This document shows, piece after piece, positions 56,265 to 64,000 of a DNA stretch of 64,000 bases. Both the position numbers and the translations under genes were made by a program. Position 1 is the first letter of the stretch, and each line of letters begins with the position of its first letter. Source of the stretch: an uncultured virus (IMG/VR IMGVR_UViG_3300020207_000019). Lineage: Duplodnaviria > Heunggongvirae > Uroviricota > Caudoviricetes. The stretch lies in the IMG/VR virus record IMGVR_UViG_3300020207_000019; one strand, given 5' to 3'. The notes under the pieces were generated by a model, which worked only from the letters and a program-made list of their open reading frames with translations, searched no databases and had not been told where the DNA came from.

Positions 56265-57548
56265 TTACCGACCAACCTGTGTTAGATATTTTTCTTTAGT
56301 TTCGTCCCAAGACAAGGTAATCAAGTCATCATAGAATAAAGTCTCATTGGACACTCTTCCTTGTTCTTTCAGATTGGTTATCCTCTTGGTTGCATACTTC
56401 TCTTTCCATATATTTACAAGAGCTTCAGTTGATGTGTCAAACGATTTGACCAATTTGTCTTCTGTTATATCACCACGGAGAAACTCTGCTGTGTTATCAT
56501 ATAAAGGTGAGAAGTAAATACCTCTAGCGTGTTCTGAACGAATCAGTGTCTTATCTAATTTCATTTGAGAATAGGCAAACTGTAAAGACCTGTTTTTATG
56601 GTCTCGTTTATGTGGCTGACCACTTGGTTTCTTTGCAACATACCAATCAAAATATTTTCTTGTATGGTTTTTCTTTAACCAATGATTAATTCGATATCTT
56701 GTTTTTCTTGTTGGTTCAAATGCAACCGAACCAGCTGTAAAACCCATTTTCTTCCAATGTGATAGTCTATCGTATTGTGATAGACCTCCTGTCTTTGTCT
56801 TACCGTAGAGCGATGTGGTGGTTACACCAACAAGTTTGTCGCCATATAACTCCTGCCATAATTGTTGTATCTTATCGTCTAAACATAATAAGGCTAACAA
56901 TTTACCACCTGTGTAATTATAACCTAAAGGTTGGAGAGGAACAATCGTGGATCCAATTGCTGTGTGGTTAATCATTGATCCTTGCGTTTTAAGTTCTCTA
57001 CTCCAACCAATAAAGTTATCTCTTGGTGTTAAGTCTAAAAAGTCTGAGGAAATACAAATAACACCAAGATACTGTTTGGTCGGTTTATCTCTTACCACAA
57101 AATTAAGATTACGACCAATATTAGAATTGTTTTTCATTGTTGATGAGAATGTTCGTATTACATTCCAGAGTTCAGGTAAATCATCTTGCTTGTTCGCATA
57201 AATGAGTTCTGGTTCCAATTTCATGTAAGTATCTACATCAGCTGGATTCCAAATATTAGTTTTGACTTCTTGTATGGCACGGCGTTGTTTCTCATCTTCT
57301 AATACTTTAGTTTCGCCTTCCCATAAATCATTGACGGTCACAAATGGATATTTTTCTTGCACCTCACACCATTTCTGATAGAGTGTGTATTCTTTTACAT
57401 CCATTTGAGAAACAAATTCTAGGTCTTTAATGGTCTCTTGCTTAACTTCTTCAAAATCAATTTCAGGCATTTTAGCCACAGGATTAGCATCTGACCATTT
57501 TTGCCATTGTGTTTCTACATCATCTTTTGGGTCCCAAGCGTAACTCAT
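56265..57548 (-). CDS. DruA/DUF4338-like (Mom-related GNAT-fold) protein
   Basis: GRNLNFVVRD...LGVI...RDNFIGW, IVPLQPLGYNYTGGKLLALL, TTTSLYG...SQYDRL..WKKMGFT.G. Confidence 0.7.
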   Translation of the reverse strand: MSYAWDPKDDVETQWQKWSDANPVAKMPEIDFEEVKQETIKDLEFVSQMDVKEYTLYQKWCEVQEKYPFVTVNDLWEGETKVLEDEKQRRAIQEVKTNIWNPADVDTYMKLEPELIYANKQDDLPELWNVIRTFSSTMKNNSNIGRNLNFVVRDKPTKQYLGVICISSDFLDLTPRDNFIGWSRELKTQGSMINHTAIGSTIVPLQPLGYNYTGGKLLALLCLDDKIQQLWQELYGDKLVGVTTTSLYGKTKTGGLSQYDRLSHWKKMGFTAGSVAFEPTRKTRYRINHWLKKNHTRKYFDWYVAKKPSGQPHKRDHKNRSLQFAYSQMKLDKTLIRSEHARGIYFSPLYDNTAEFLRGDITEDKLVKSFDTSTEALVNIWKEKYATKRITNLKEQGRVSNETLFYDDLITLSWDETKEKYLTQVGR

Positions 57549-58135
57549 CGTTTTTTCTGTCTCTGTATTTTTTTAATCATCTTTTGTCGTTTTTGTTCAG
57601 CCATTTTTAATGAAACTGGACCAACATGGCTTGTAAATTTAACTCCGTTCATATGGTCGAGTTCGTGTAGAAAACATCTTGCTACCAAATCGGTGAGTGT
57701 TTCATTATGCACCTTACCCGATTCATCTGCAAATTCTACATCAATGCTTAATGGTCTTTCTATTTTAAGATATAAACCGGGAAAAGAGAGGCAACCTTCA
57801 CCACTTTTTTCCACTTCTGCCGATTCTTTAATAACTTTTGGATTGATACAAACGAGTTGTTTGTCTTCGGTGCCAATAATAAAAACCCTTGCACGAACAT
57901 TACACTGATTAGCTGACAGGCCAATGCCACCAAACTGTTTCATTGTCATTTTAAGTTGTTTGACAAGATTTGACATAGATTGATTTGGCAATTGTTTTGT
58001 ATCATAATGGGGCATCACTTCTGATAACATTGGTAAAGTATCAGCATATAATGGTAACGGTTCAAGCTTGACTTCTTTTTCTGGTAATTTTACAGAATCT
58101 TCCGTGTTTATAACTAAAATATTATCTTCACTCAT
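57545..58135 (-). CDS. def: peptide deformylase
   Basis: GIGLSANQ, EGCLS and HELDH. Confidence 0.95.
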   Translation of the reverse strand: MSEDNILVINTEDSVKLPEKEVKLEPLPLYADTLPMLSEVMPHYDTKQLPNQSMSNLVKQLKMTMKQFGGIGLSANQCNVRARVFIIGTEDKQLVCINPKVIKESAEVEKSGEGCLSFPGLYLKIERPLSIDVEFADESGKVHNETLTDLVARCFLHELDHMNGVKFTSHVGPVSLKMAEQKRQKMIKKIQRQKKR

Positions 58136-59844
58136 TGTATTATCCTAGAAAAGTTTTTAATCTTATCAAACTTAATTACTGATTCAAATTTATCTTGTAG
58201 TATATCACCTTTGTGTGATATCACAAAAATATTTACATCATCTAATGAATGTAAAATCTTAATTAATTCATCTACACCAGTAGCATCTAATGATGAATCA
58301 AAGGTCTCATCCAATATTAGTAGATTCGTGTTGGTTGAGTTTTTCAATCTAGCAACAGCTCGCCATGTGAGCATCAATGCCATATCAATTCTTTGTTTCT
58401 CGCCTTGTGAAAAGTTATTATAACTAAATTCATCTCTAAATCTGGACTTAATGGTCTCTTTAAAGGTTTCATCTAAATTAAAATTAACAAAAAAATCCAA
58501 TTTGCCAAGATAACTATTGACCAAACGATTAATCACAGGCAAATATTGTTTAATAATTTTTGTTTTGATACCTGTATCTTTTAATAAAGCACCAGCAACT
58601 TCATAATATGTTTTTTCTTCAAGCAGTTCTTTAAACTCTTTTTCTTTTTGGTCTATTTCAACTTTAAGCTCTTTTAGTTTTTGTTCTTCTGTATCAGATA
58701 TTGTTTTATTGGTTTGAAGTTGTTCAATATCTTTTTTAATTCTATCAATGTATCTGTTTATCTCGGTAATTGATGTATTGTTTGTAGCAATCTTTATTTG
58801 TAATTCTTGTATCTTCTTTTGTTTTTCTGATATATCATTGAGTTTAGCTTGTTCTTCATTTATCATCTCATCAAGTTGAGATAGTCCGTGGCCACATTCT
58901 TCTATTTTTTCTCTTAAGCTTTTAACTTCACCGTCTTTAAATGCCTGTTCAATATGTTGTCGGCAAGTTGGACAGTTATCATTATGCTCAAAGAAATCTA
59001 CATCACCTTTATACTTTGTGAGATTGGTTTCAATTTGTGCTTCTAGTTGATTGAATTTTTTTACTCGCTTTTCTGATTCAATTCTTCCATCAACATCTTT
59101 TTGAAGCGTAGATACTTGAGATCCAATTGTCTCAATTTCTTCAGTGAGATTTGATATATTAGTTTTGTTGGTAGAAATATCTGTTTCATGTTCTTGTATC
59201 TTTTCATCGTTGTTTTGTTTTAAGTCTTGAAGCCTTTTTTCTTCAAAGTCATATTGTTGTTGTGTTAGTTGAATGTTGTGTCTTTTGTCATTCAACATAT
59301 CTTTATTGCTAATGAGTTTGTCTTTGGTCAGTTTATTCATTACTGAGAATATTTGAATATCTAATAAGTCTTCAATAATATCTCGCCTATCTCTATTTGA
59401 TAGTTGCATAAATGGAGTAAATGAAGCTGAACCAAGAACCACAATTTGTGTAAAAGATTTGTAGTTCATCTTAAGAACAAACTTTTCTAATTGCTCTTGA
59501 TAGTCTTTAACAGTTGCATCTTGGTCTAACAGTTCATCATCGACATATATTTCAAACTTGTTCGGTTTAATACCACGAATAACCTTATAAGCTTTATTGT
59601 TGGTATCAAATTCAACTTCGACCTCAAGATTCTTGCCATTGATTGAGTTAATTAGATTAGCTTTTTGAATTGAACGAAACGGTTTGCCAAACAAACCAAA
59701 ACACAAAGCATCAAGCAGTGTTGATTTGCCTGAACCATTAGAACCAACAATCAAAGATTGATTGGTCTTGTCTAATTCAATTTCAGAAAAATGGTTGCCA
59801 GTTGAAAGTAGATTCTTCCAACGGACCTTGCGAAATAATATCAA
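58132..59844 (-). CDS. T4 gp46-like recombination ATPase (Rad50/SbcC)
   Basis: GSNGSGKS, CPTC hook, FSQGE and ILDE. Confidence 0.95.
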   Translation of the reverse strand: MILFRKVRWKNLLSTGNHFSEIELDKTNQSLIVGSNGSGKSTLLDALCFGLFGKPFRSIQKANLINSINGKNLEVEVEFDTNNKAYKVIRGIKPNKFEIYVDDELLDQDATVKDYQEQLEKFVLKMNYKSFTQIVVLGSASFTPFMQLSNRDRRDIIEDLLDIQIFSVMNKLTKDKLISNKDMLNDKRHNIQLTQQQYDFEEKRLQDLKQNNDEKIQEHETDISTNKTNISNLTEEIETIGSQVSTLQKDVDGRIESEKRVKKFNQLEAQIETNLTKYKGDVDFFEHNDNCPTCRQHIEQAFKDGEVKSLREKIEECGHGLSQLDEMINEEQAKLNDISEKQKKIQELQIKIATNNTSITEINRYIDRIKKDIEQLQTNKTISDTEEQKLKELKVEIDQKEKEFKELLEEKTYYEVAGALLKDTGIKTKIIKQYLPVINRLVNSYLGKLDFFVNFNLDETFKETIKSRFRDEFSYNNFSQGEKQRIDMALMLTWRAVARLKNSTNTNLLILDETFDSSLDATGVDELIKILHSLDDVNIFVISHKGDILQDKFESVIKFDKIKNFSRIIQ

Positions 59845-60911
59845 TCAGTTTCTTCCGTATGTAATGCTTCAACATATAACTCTCGCATTAATGTTTTTAA
59901 CTTTTCAGGCTCAACATTGAGAGTTAGTCCATCAATATATTTGGATAATATAGTCATTGTATCTTCTGCTTGATTTACAATATCATTATCATCAGCAATT
60001 ATATCGTCATTATAATCTTCAACAATTGCAACATCAGCTGCACCTATCTTATATAAATTATCAGTTAGATAATCAAATAAAAATGGATTTTGTTTATTCA
60101 ATACAACCACTTTCACATAGTTGTCTTTGTATTGTTCAAAATCTATCTTTTGAAAGTCTTCTAATGATTTTCCATTATCATCATAATTTATTTTATGAAA
60201 TATCTCATAAGGATTTTTTATAAATTCAAGTTCTCTTGTTTCGGTATCAAAAATATGAAAACCTCTTTGGTCTTTATAATCAGCCCATGTCATTTGTGTT
60301 GGAGTGCCAACATAAAAAACATGGCCATCATCAGACTTATGATGAAAATGGCCAGTTAAGACGATATCATACTTGTTTAAAACAGTTTTGTCAATACCTG
60401 TATATGAAACATTGCCTTTGTCCATTTCAAAACCTTGTATCTCAAAATGACCAAAACAAATTTGTGACCGGCTGTTTTTAATCTTTTCTAATATTTCTTC
60501 TTCGTTTTCATCACACAACCAAGGAACAACATCAACAGAAACGCCATCAAAATCTACGGTTGTAAATTTATCATAGATAGTAAAATCTTTATATTCATTA
60601 AGTAATAGTTGAGAAGAATTAACTTTGAGTGTATTGCGATAGGTAATATCATGGTTACCCAACATTGAGTAAAACTTGATATTGTTTTTTTCTACTTCGT
60701 CAAAAAAATAATTGCGACACTGGTAAAGGCTATTAAAGTTAATAAACTTCCGCCTATCAAACAAATCACCCATTTGAAATATTTGAGTAATGTTGTTTTC
60801 TTTAAGATATGGGAAAAGAATGTTCTCATAGAATTTTCTTATATAGTTATGGAAGATAATACTATCACCACGCATACCGAAATGCGTATCACCAAGAATA
60901 CATAATTTCAT
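59841..60911 (-). CDS. T4 gp47-like recombination nuclease (Mre11/SbcD)
   Basis: DTHFG, GDLFD, GNHD and GHFH. Confidence 0.95.
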   Translation of the reverse strand: MKLCILGDTHFGMRGDSIIFHNYIRKFYENILFPYLKENNITQIFQMGDLFDRRKFINFNSLYQCRNYFFDEVEKNNIKFYSMLGNHDITYRNTLKVNSSQLLLNEYKDFTIYDKFTTVDFDGVSVDVVPWLCDENEEEILEKIKNSRSQICFGHFEIQGFEMDKGNVSYTGIDKTVLNKYDIVLTGHFHHKSDDGHVFYVGTPTQMTWADYKDQRGFHIFDTETRELEFIKNPYEIFHKINYDDNGKSLEDFQKIDFEQYKDNYVKVVVLNKQNPFLFDYLTDNLYKIGAADVAIVEDYNDDIIADDNDIVNQAEDTMTILSKYIDGLTLNVEPEKLKTLMRELYVEALHTEETD

Positions 60912-60912
60912 A

Positions 60913-61077
60913 TTATAATTGTTTTGTTAGTTTTTCTATTTGGTCTTTAAGTTGAAGTTTTTGTAATTTCATTTTAGTTAAGCTTGTATCTGATAGGTAG
61001 TTTGTATATCCTTTTTTAATCTGTTCATCTAATTCACGGTGTTTTGTTTTTAAAGATTCGAGATGGTCTGCTATCAC
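60913..61077 (-). CDS. DUF465/YdcH-like small protein (54 aa, not in ORF track)
   Basis: GTG start after AAGGAG; HLESLKTKHRELDEQI...MKLQKLQLKDQI. Confidence 0.65.
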   Translation of the reverse strand: MIADHLESLKTKHRELDEQIKKGYTNYLSDTSLTKMKLQKLQLKDQIEKLTKQL

Positions 61078-61209
61078 TAAAATTCTCCTTTATAAACGGG
61101 TATATCATTACATTTTGTTGAATAGTTTGGATCTTTAGTATCACACTTGTTAAAAAATCCTGCACATGAACTAATCATAACACAAAACAATAATAAGAGA
61201 GGCAATTTT

Positions 61210-61740
61210 TTATTCACCAACAAACTTATCAACTCCTTTTACCTTTGCTTCTTTTTTCTTTTTCTTTGTCTCTTCAAAGTTTTGAATAAACTCGGAAATA
61301 TTATCATACAATTCAAACTGTCTTGTGTTGCCATCAGCATCTTCAAGTAATTCAAATTCATCTAAAATACCAATTTGTTCTGTAGCTTTATACTTCACAT
61401 ATAACTGTTTTTTCTCTCGTGTGATTCTACGAAGAAAAGCATAGTAAATAATTTGTGTGAAGTAAGCAAATGGATTTTTAGATTTATCTGGATTAAAATT
61501 ACGGAAATACATCATACAGTTTTCAATACCATCAGCAATCATTTCATCTCTAAATGAATATGATGCAAAGTTTGGTTTGCGTGATAAGTGTTCTGCAATT
61601 TTTAGAAAACATTCACCGACATAATTAGGTATTTGTGGTTGAGGCTTATTCTTTTTATCAGCTTCTTCACATTTACTTTTATATTCAATTAATGCTTTTA
61701 AAAAATCCCCATTATTAACATAGTGTTTTTCTTTTGCCAT
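61210..61740 (-). CDS. T4 gp55-like late sigma factor
   Basis: HYVNN, GECFLKIA..LS..PNF..Y and NPFAYFTQIIYYAFLRRI..EKKQ; likely start MAKEKH at 61740. Confidence 0.95.
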   Translation of the reverse strand: MAKEKHYVNNGDFLKALIEYKSKCEEADKKNKPQPQIPNYVGECFLKIAEHLSRKPNFASYSFRDEMIADGIENCMMYFRNFNPDKSKNPFAYFTQIIYYAFLRRITREKKQLYVKYKATEQIGILDEFELLEDADGNTRQFELYDNISEFIQNFEETKKKKKEAKVKGVDKFVGE

Positions 61741-61775
61741 AATATACCTTCTTTCATGTTTGCCTGGTTTAGGCC

Positions 61776-61804
61776 TTGACAAATTTGTTTTTTGTCATTA
61801 TAAT
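61776..61804 (+). promoter_or_regulatory. perfect-consensus sigma70 promoter oriented antisense
   Basis: TTGACA(61776)-N17-TATAAT(61799) on the plus strand. Confidence 0.6.
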
Positions 61805-61806
61805 CC

Positions 61807-62190
61807 TTATGTCGCCAGATGAGGCTGGATCCTTCCAAGGAGGGTTAATACTCTTTTTCTATAATCAAAACCTAACATTGATGCTTTCTGTCCTTTATTC
61901 CAAGGAGGATGCCTGTTTTGAGAGGTGTATTGGTCAGATGTTAAATCAATAATACGATTCTGATTGTCAACACACCACCAGTGCCAAATGCCCTCATCAT
62001 CTAAAGCACGATGTAGTTTTAATTCTTGTGTTCCAAATATTTTTTGTAAACAGGCAGATGCTGTATGGCAGTGACCAAACATTGGGTTGGTACTGTTGCG
62101 TTCTACCCATTTTTTAGGTAATAAATCGGGTGTTAAATTTTTTAATATTAAATTGGTTACAATTCTCAAATTATCAATATTATATTCCAT
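61807..62190 (-). CDS. hypothetical protein
   Basis: GHC..AS...HWW....IIDLT..Q motif. Confidence 0.65.
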   Translation of the reverse strand: MEYNIDNLRIVTNLILKNLTPDLLPKKWVERNSTNPMFGHCHTASACLQKIFGTQELKLHRALDDEGIWHWWCVDNQNRIIDLTSDQYTSQNRHPPWNKGQKASMLGFDYRKRVLTLLGRIQPHLAT

Positions 62191-62192
62191 GG

Positions 62193-62684
62193 TTAATGTA
62201 TTTGACCTTTATCCTTTGCTATATTAAATTTATCAAGTAATTCATCCATTGTTGTCATGTCATCATCATATTCATCAACATAAACAGAAGATTCTAAACT
62301 GTCTTTATATGATTTGTTTTCTTTTTTTATCATCTCATCACTATATTTAATTTCTTTTGAAACTTCATGAACCATATTTAAATAATATTCAATAAGACTG
62401 TCTTTTGGATTTGTATATGTAACTATTTCTGAATTATTTAATGTAGCTATATTATCAGATATAATCTCAACTGGCAACCATGGTACCATCATCATTACCG
62501 ATCCTTTACCTGACCGTCTAAGCAAAACAACCATAGGATTATTTAAAATGGTGTTTTCTTTATCTGCTATAACATCAGCGATAACATCTTCACCAGATTG
62601 AAGTCTAACAACTTTTATATTAAGTGTTTCAGCCATTCTTGAGTTCGATATTGTAGAACTTGTATTTGAACTTCTCTTCATCAT
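62193..62684 (-). CDS. conserved T4-like hypothetical protein
   Basis: VVRLQSGEDVI...PW.P; the likely start is MAETLN. Confidence 0.7.
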   Translation of the reverse strand: MMKRSSNTSSTISNSRMAETLNIKVVRLQSGEDVIADVIADKENTILNNPMVVLLRRSGKGSVMMMVPWLPVEIISDNIATLNNSEIVTYTNPKDSLIEYYLNMVHEVSKEIKYSDEMIKKENKSYKDSLESSVYVDEYDDDMTTMDELLDKFNIAKDKGQIH

Positions 62685-63996
62685 ATATTTTCATTCTTTC
62701 AATAAAATGTTTTAGTGTATAATTGGTAAATTTACCAACTCTAAAATCATCAGCGATATCAAACAAAGTCGCTACTTCTTTATTATCTCCTACTCTTAAA
62801 CCTCGACCGATAGATTGAAGATTACGAATACGAGACTTACTCGGCGAGGCAAAGATAATATTATGTAAGTTCCTTATATTTATACCCGTAGAAAAAGTAC
62901 CATATGATGCTACGATAATAGCATCTTTTTCTCTTTCAGTAATTGACCGAACAGCTTCACGAGATTCTGTATCGGTTCCACCAAAAACAAAAAATGTTTT
63001 TCTTTTTTTCGCCTTTTCTTTAATGACCTCATATAAATCTTTTCCATGTTTTTCAACAAACTGAAAAAGTATAAGAGAGTTTCCATTTAATGATAAGGCT
63101 AAGTTTCTTATAAATTCGTTTCGTGCTTTGTTTTGAACAATATAATCTATTTCAGTATTATAATCCCATTCTTTCGCTTGTTTGCAAACCGATTCTGGAT
63201 ATTTCAACACTAAACATTTGATTTTAAAATCCGCCAAATGTTTTTGTTCAATAAGTTCAGATGTAGTTGTTGCACGATAAACAGGACCAAATAAACCTTC
63301 TAATACTAAGCGATGTGTTTGTGTACCGTCTAAAGTGCCTGTTGTTCCTATCCTATATTTAGCACTAGAACAACCTGACATAATTGTTGTTAAAGACTTA
63401 GCTTTAAATTGGTGAGCTTCGTCACCTAAAACAAAATCAAACTGTTCAAAATATTCTGGAGGATTTTTATAAACAGATTGCCAGGTTGTAATAGTGATAA
63501 AACTGTTTGTGTGTTTTTCTTTACCTGAATATTGTCTATGGCAGTATTTGTCTGAATCATAACCATACGATTTAAAATCACTAAACATTTGTTCGACTAA
63601 TGAGGTTGTTGGCACAATCATTAGTCCTTTCTTATAATCAGAGCTTTGGAGATATCTCACTATCAGGTATAGTATTAAGGACTTACCAGATGCAGTTGGA
63701 GACAGTAGGAGAACCCTTTTATTGCGAATTCCTGTGATAAAAGACTTGAGTTGGTAGTCACGGACCTTGTAAGGTAAATTTAAAGATTCAATAAATTCTT
63801 TAGCTTCATGTACCGAAAAGCTCTCTGTTGAACTAACTTCTTTATCTATTTCAAGCTTATAATTTCTTTCTTCACAAAACTTTTGTATATAAGCTACAAG
63901 ACCATGATATATGGTAAAGTTTCTCAAATCTAAAAGCCTTATCTTTCCATCCCAAGCTCGCATCTTATATGCCGGTGTGAATTGATAACCAGGCAC
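62629..63996 (-). CDS. uvsW: UvsW DNA helicase (5' end outside window)
   Basis: WDGKIRL, SPTASGKS, DEAH and LQSIGRGLR. Confidence 0.93.
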   Translation of the reverse strand: MPGYQFTPAYKMRAWDGKIRLLDLRNFTIYHGLVAYIQKFCEERNYKLEIDKEVSSTESFSVHEAKEFIESLNLPYKVRDYQLKSFITGIRNKRVLLLSPTASGKSLILYLIVRYLQSSDYKKGLMIVPTTSLVEQMFSDFKSYGYDSDKYCHRQYSGKEKHTNSFITITTWQSVYKNPPEYFEQFDFVLGDEAHQFKAKSLTTIMSGCSSAKYRIGTTGTLDGTQTHRLVLEGLFGPVYRATTTSELIEQKHLADFKIKCLVLKYPESVCKQAKEWDYNTEIDYIVQNKARNEFIRNLALSLNGNSLILFQFVEKHGKDLYEVIKEKAKKRKTFFVFGGTDTESREAVRSITEREKDAIIVASYGTFSTGINIRNLHNIIFASPSKSRIRNLQSIGRGLRVGDNKEVATLFDIADDFRVGKFTNYTLKHFIERMKIYDEEKFKYKFYNIELKNG

Positions 63997-64000
63997 AAAG

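Noticed and set aside
38660..57548. Druantia anti-phage defence system
   Set aside because: Only DruA-like genes are present. There is no DruE helicase or other dru gene, and the context is a phage replication module.
5765..61350. Many short plus-strand and alternate-frame ORFs in the track (e.g. 6474..6713, 16089..16523, 28601..28924, 38958..39293, 57501..57908)
   Set aside because: They are shadows of well-supported minus-strand genes and lack RBSs and recognisable motifs.
1..64000. Stop-codon reassignment
   Set aside because: Core genes are full length in the standard code, and TAA, TGA and TAG all terminate genes.

Overview
This is a 64-kb segment of an AT-rich, T4-like (myovirus-type) phage genome in the standard genetic code. 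Almost all genes are on the minus strand, except a promoter-dense early island at about 1.2-4.3 kb. Core T4-type genes are recognisable: uvsW (cut by the window end), gp55, gp47/46, gp45/44/62, regA, gp43, uvsX, gp41, gp61, thyX, nrdA/nrdB, thioredoxin and dsbA. Accessory genes include hsp20, peptide deformylase, a CobS/CobT-like pair, iscU plus erpA/iscA, 2OG-Fe(II) oxygenases, a glycosyltransferase/radical-SAM/sulfotransferase/methyltransferase cluster, spanins and an M15 endolysin. Four signals stand out, and the first two are missed by the ORF track. (1) A 23-aa pqqA gene (PQQ precursor peptide) has its own promoter, a three-hairpin leader and a UUCG terminator, which points to a methylotroph (Methylophilaceae-like) host. 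(2) A 67-nt non-canonical tRNA-Gly(CCC) keeps the GlyRS identity elements but has lost ribosome/EF-Tu features, and lies directly behind a DruA/DUF4338 (Mom-like GNAT) gene. This is a candidate dedicated glycyl-tRNA-dependent modification system. (3) Several proteins carry T4-type capsid-targeting N-termini, including a ligase-like protein, a HAD phosphatase and a nucleotidyltransferase-kinase, which together form a candidate virion-injected nucleic-acid repair kit. (4) A late promoter overlaps an RBS-occluding hairpin in front of a nuclease-like gene. All family assignments come from motif recognition by eye; no database searches were run.
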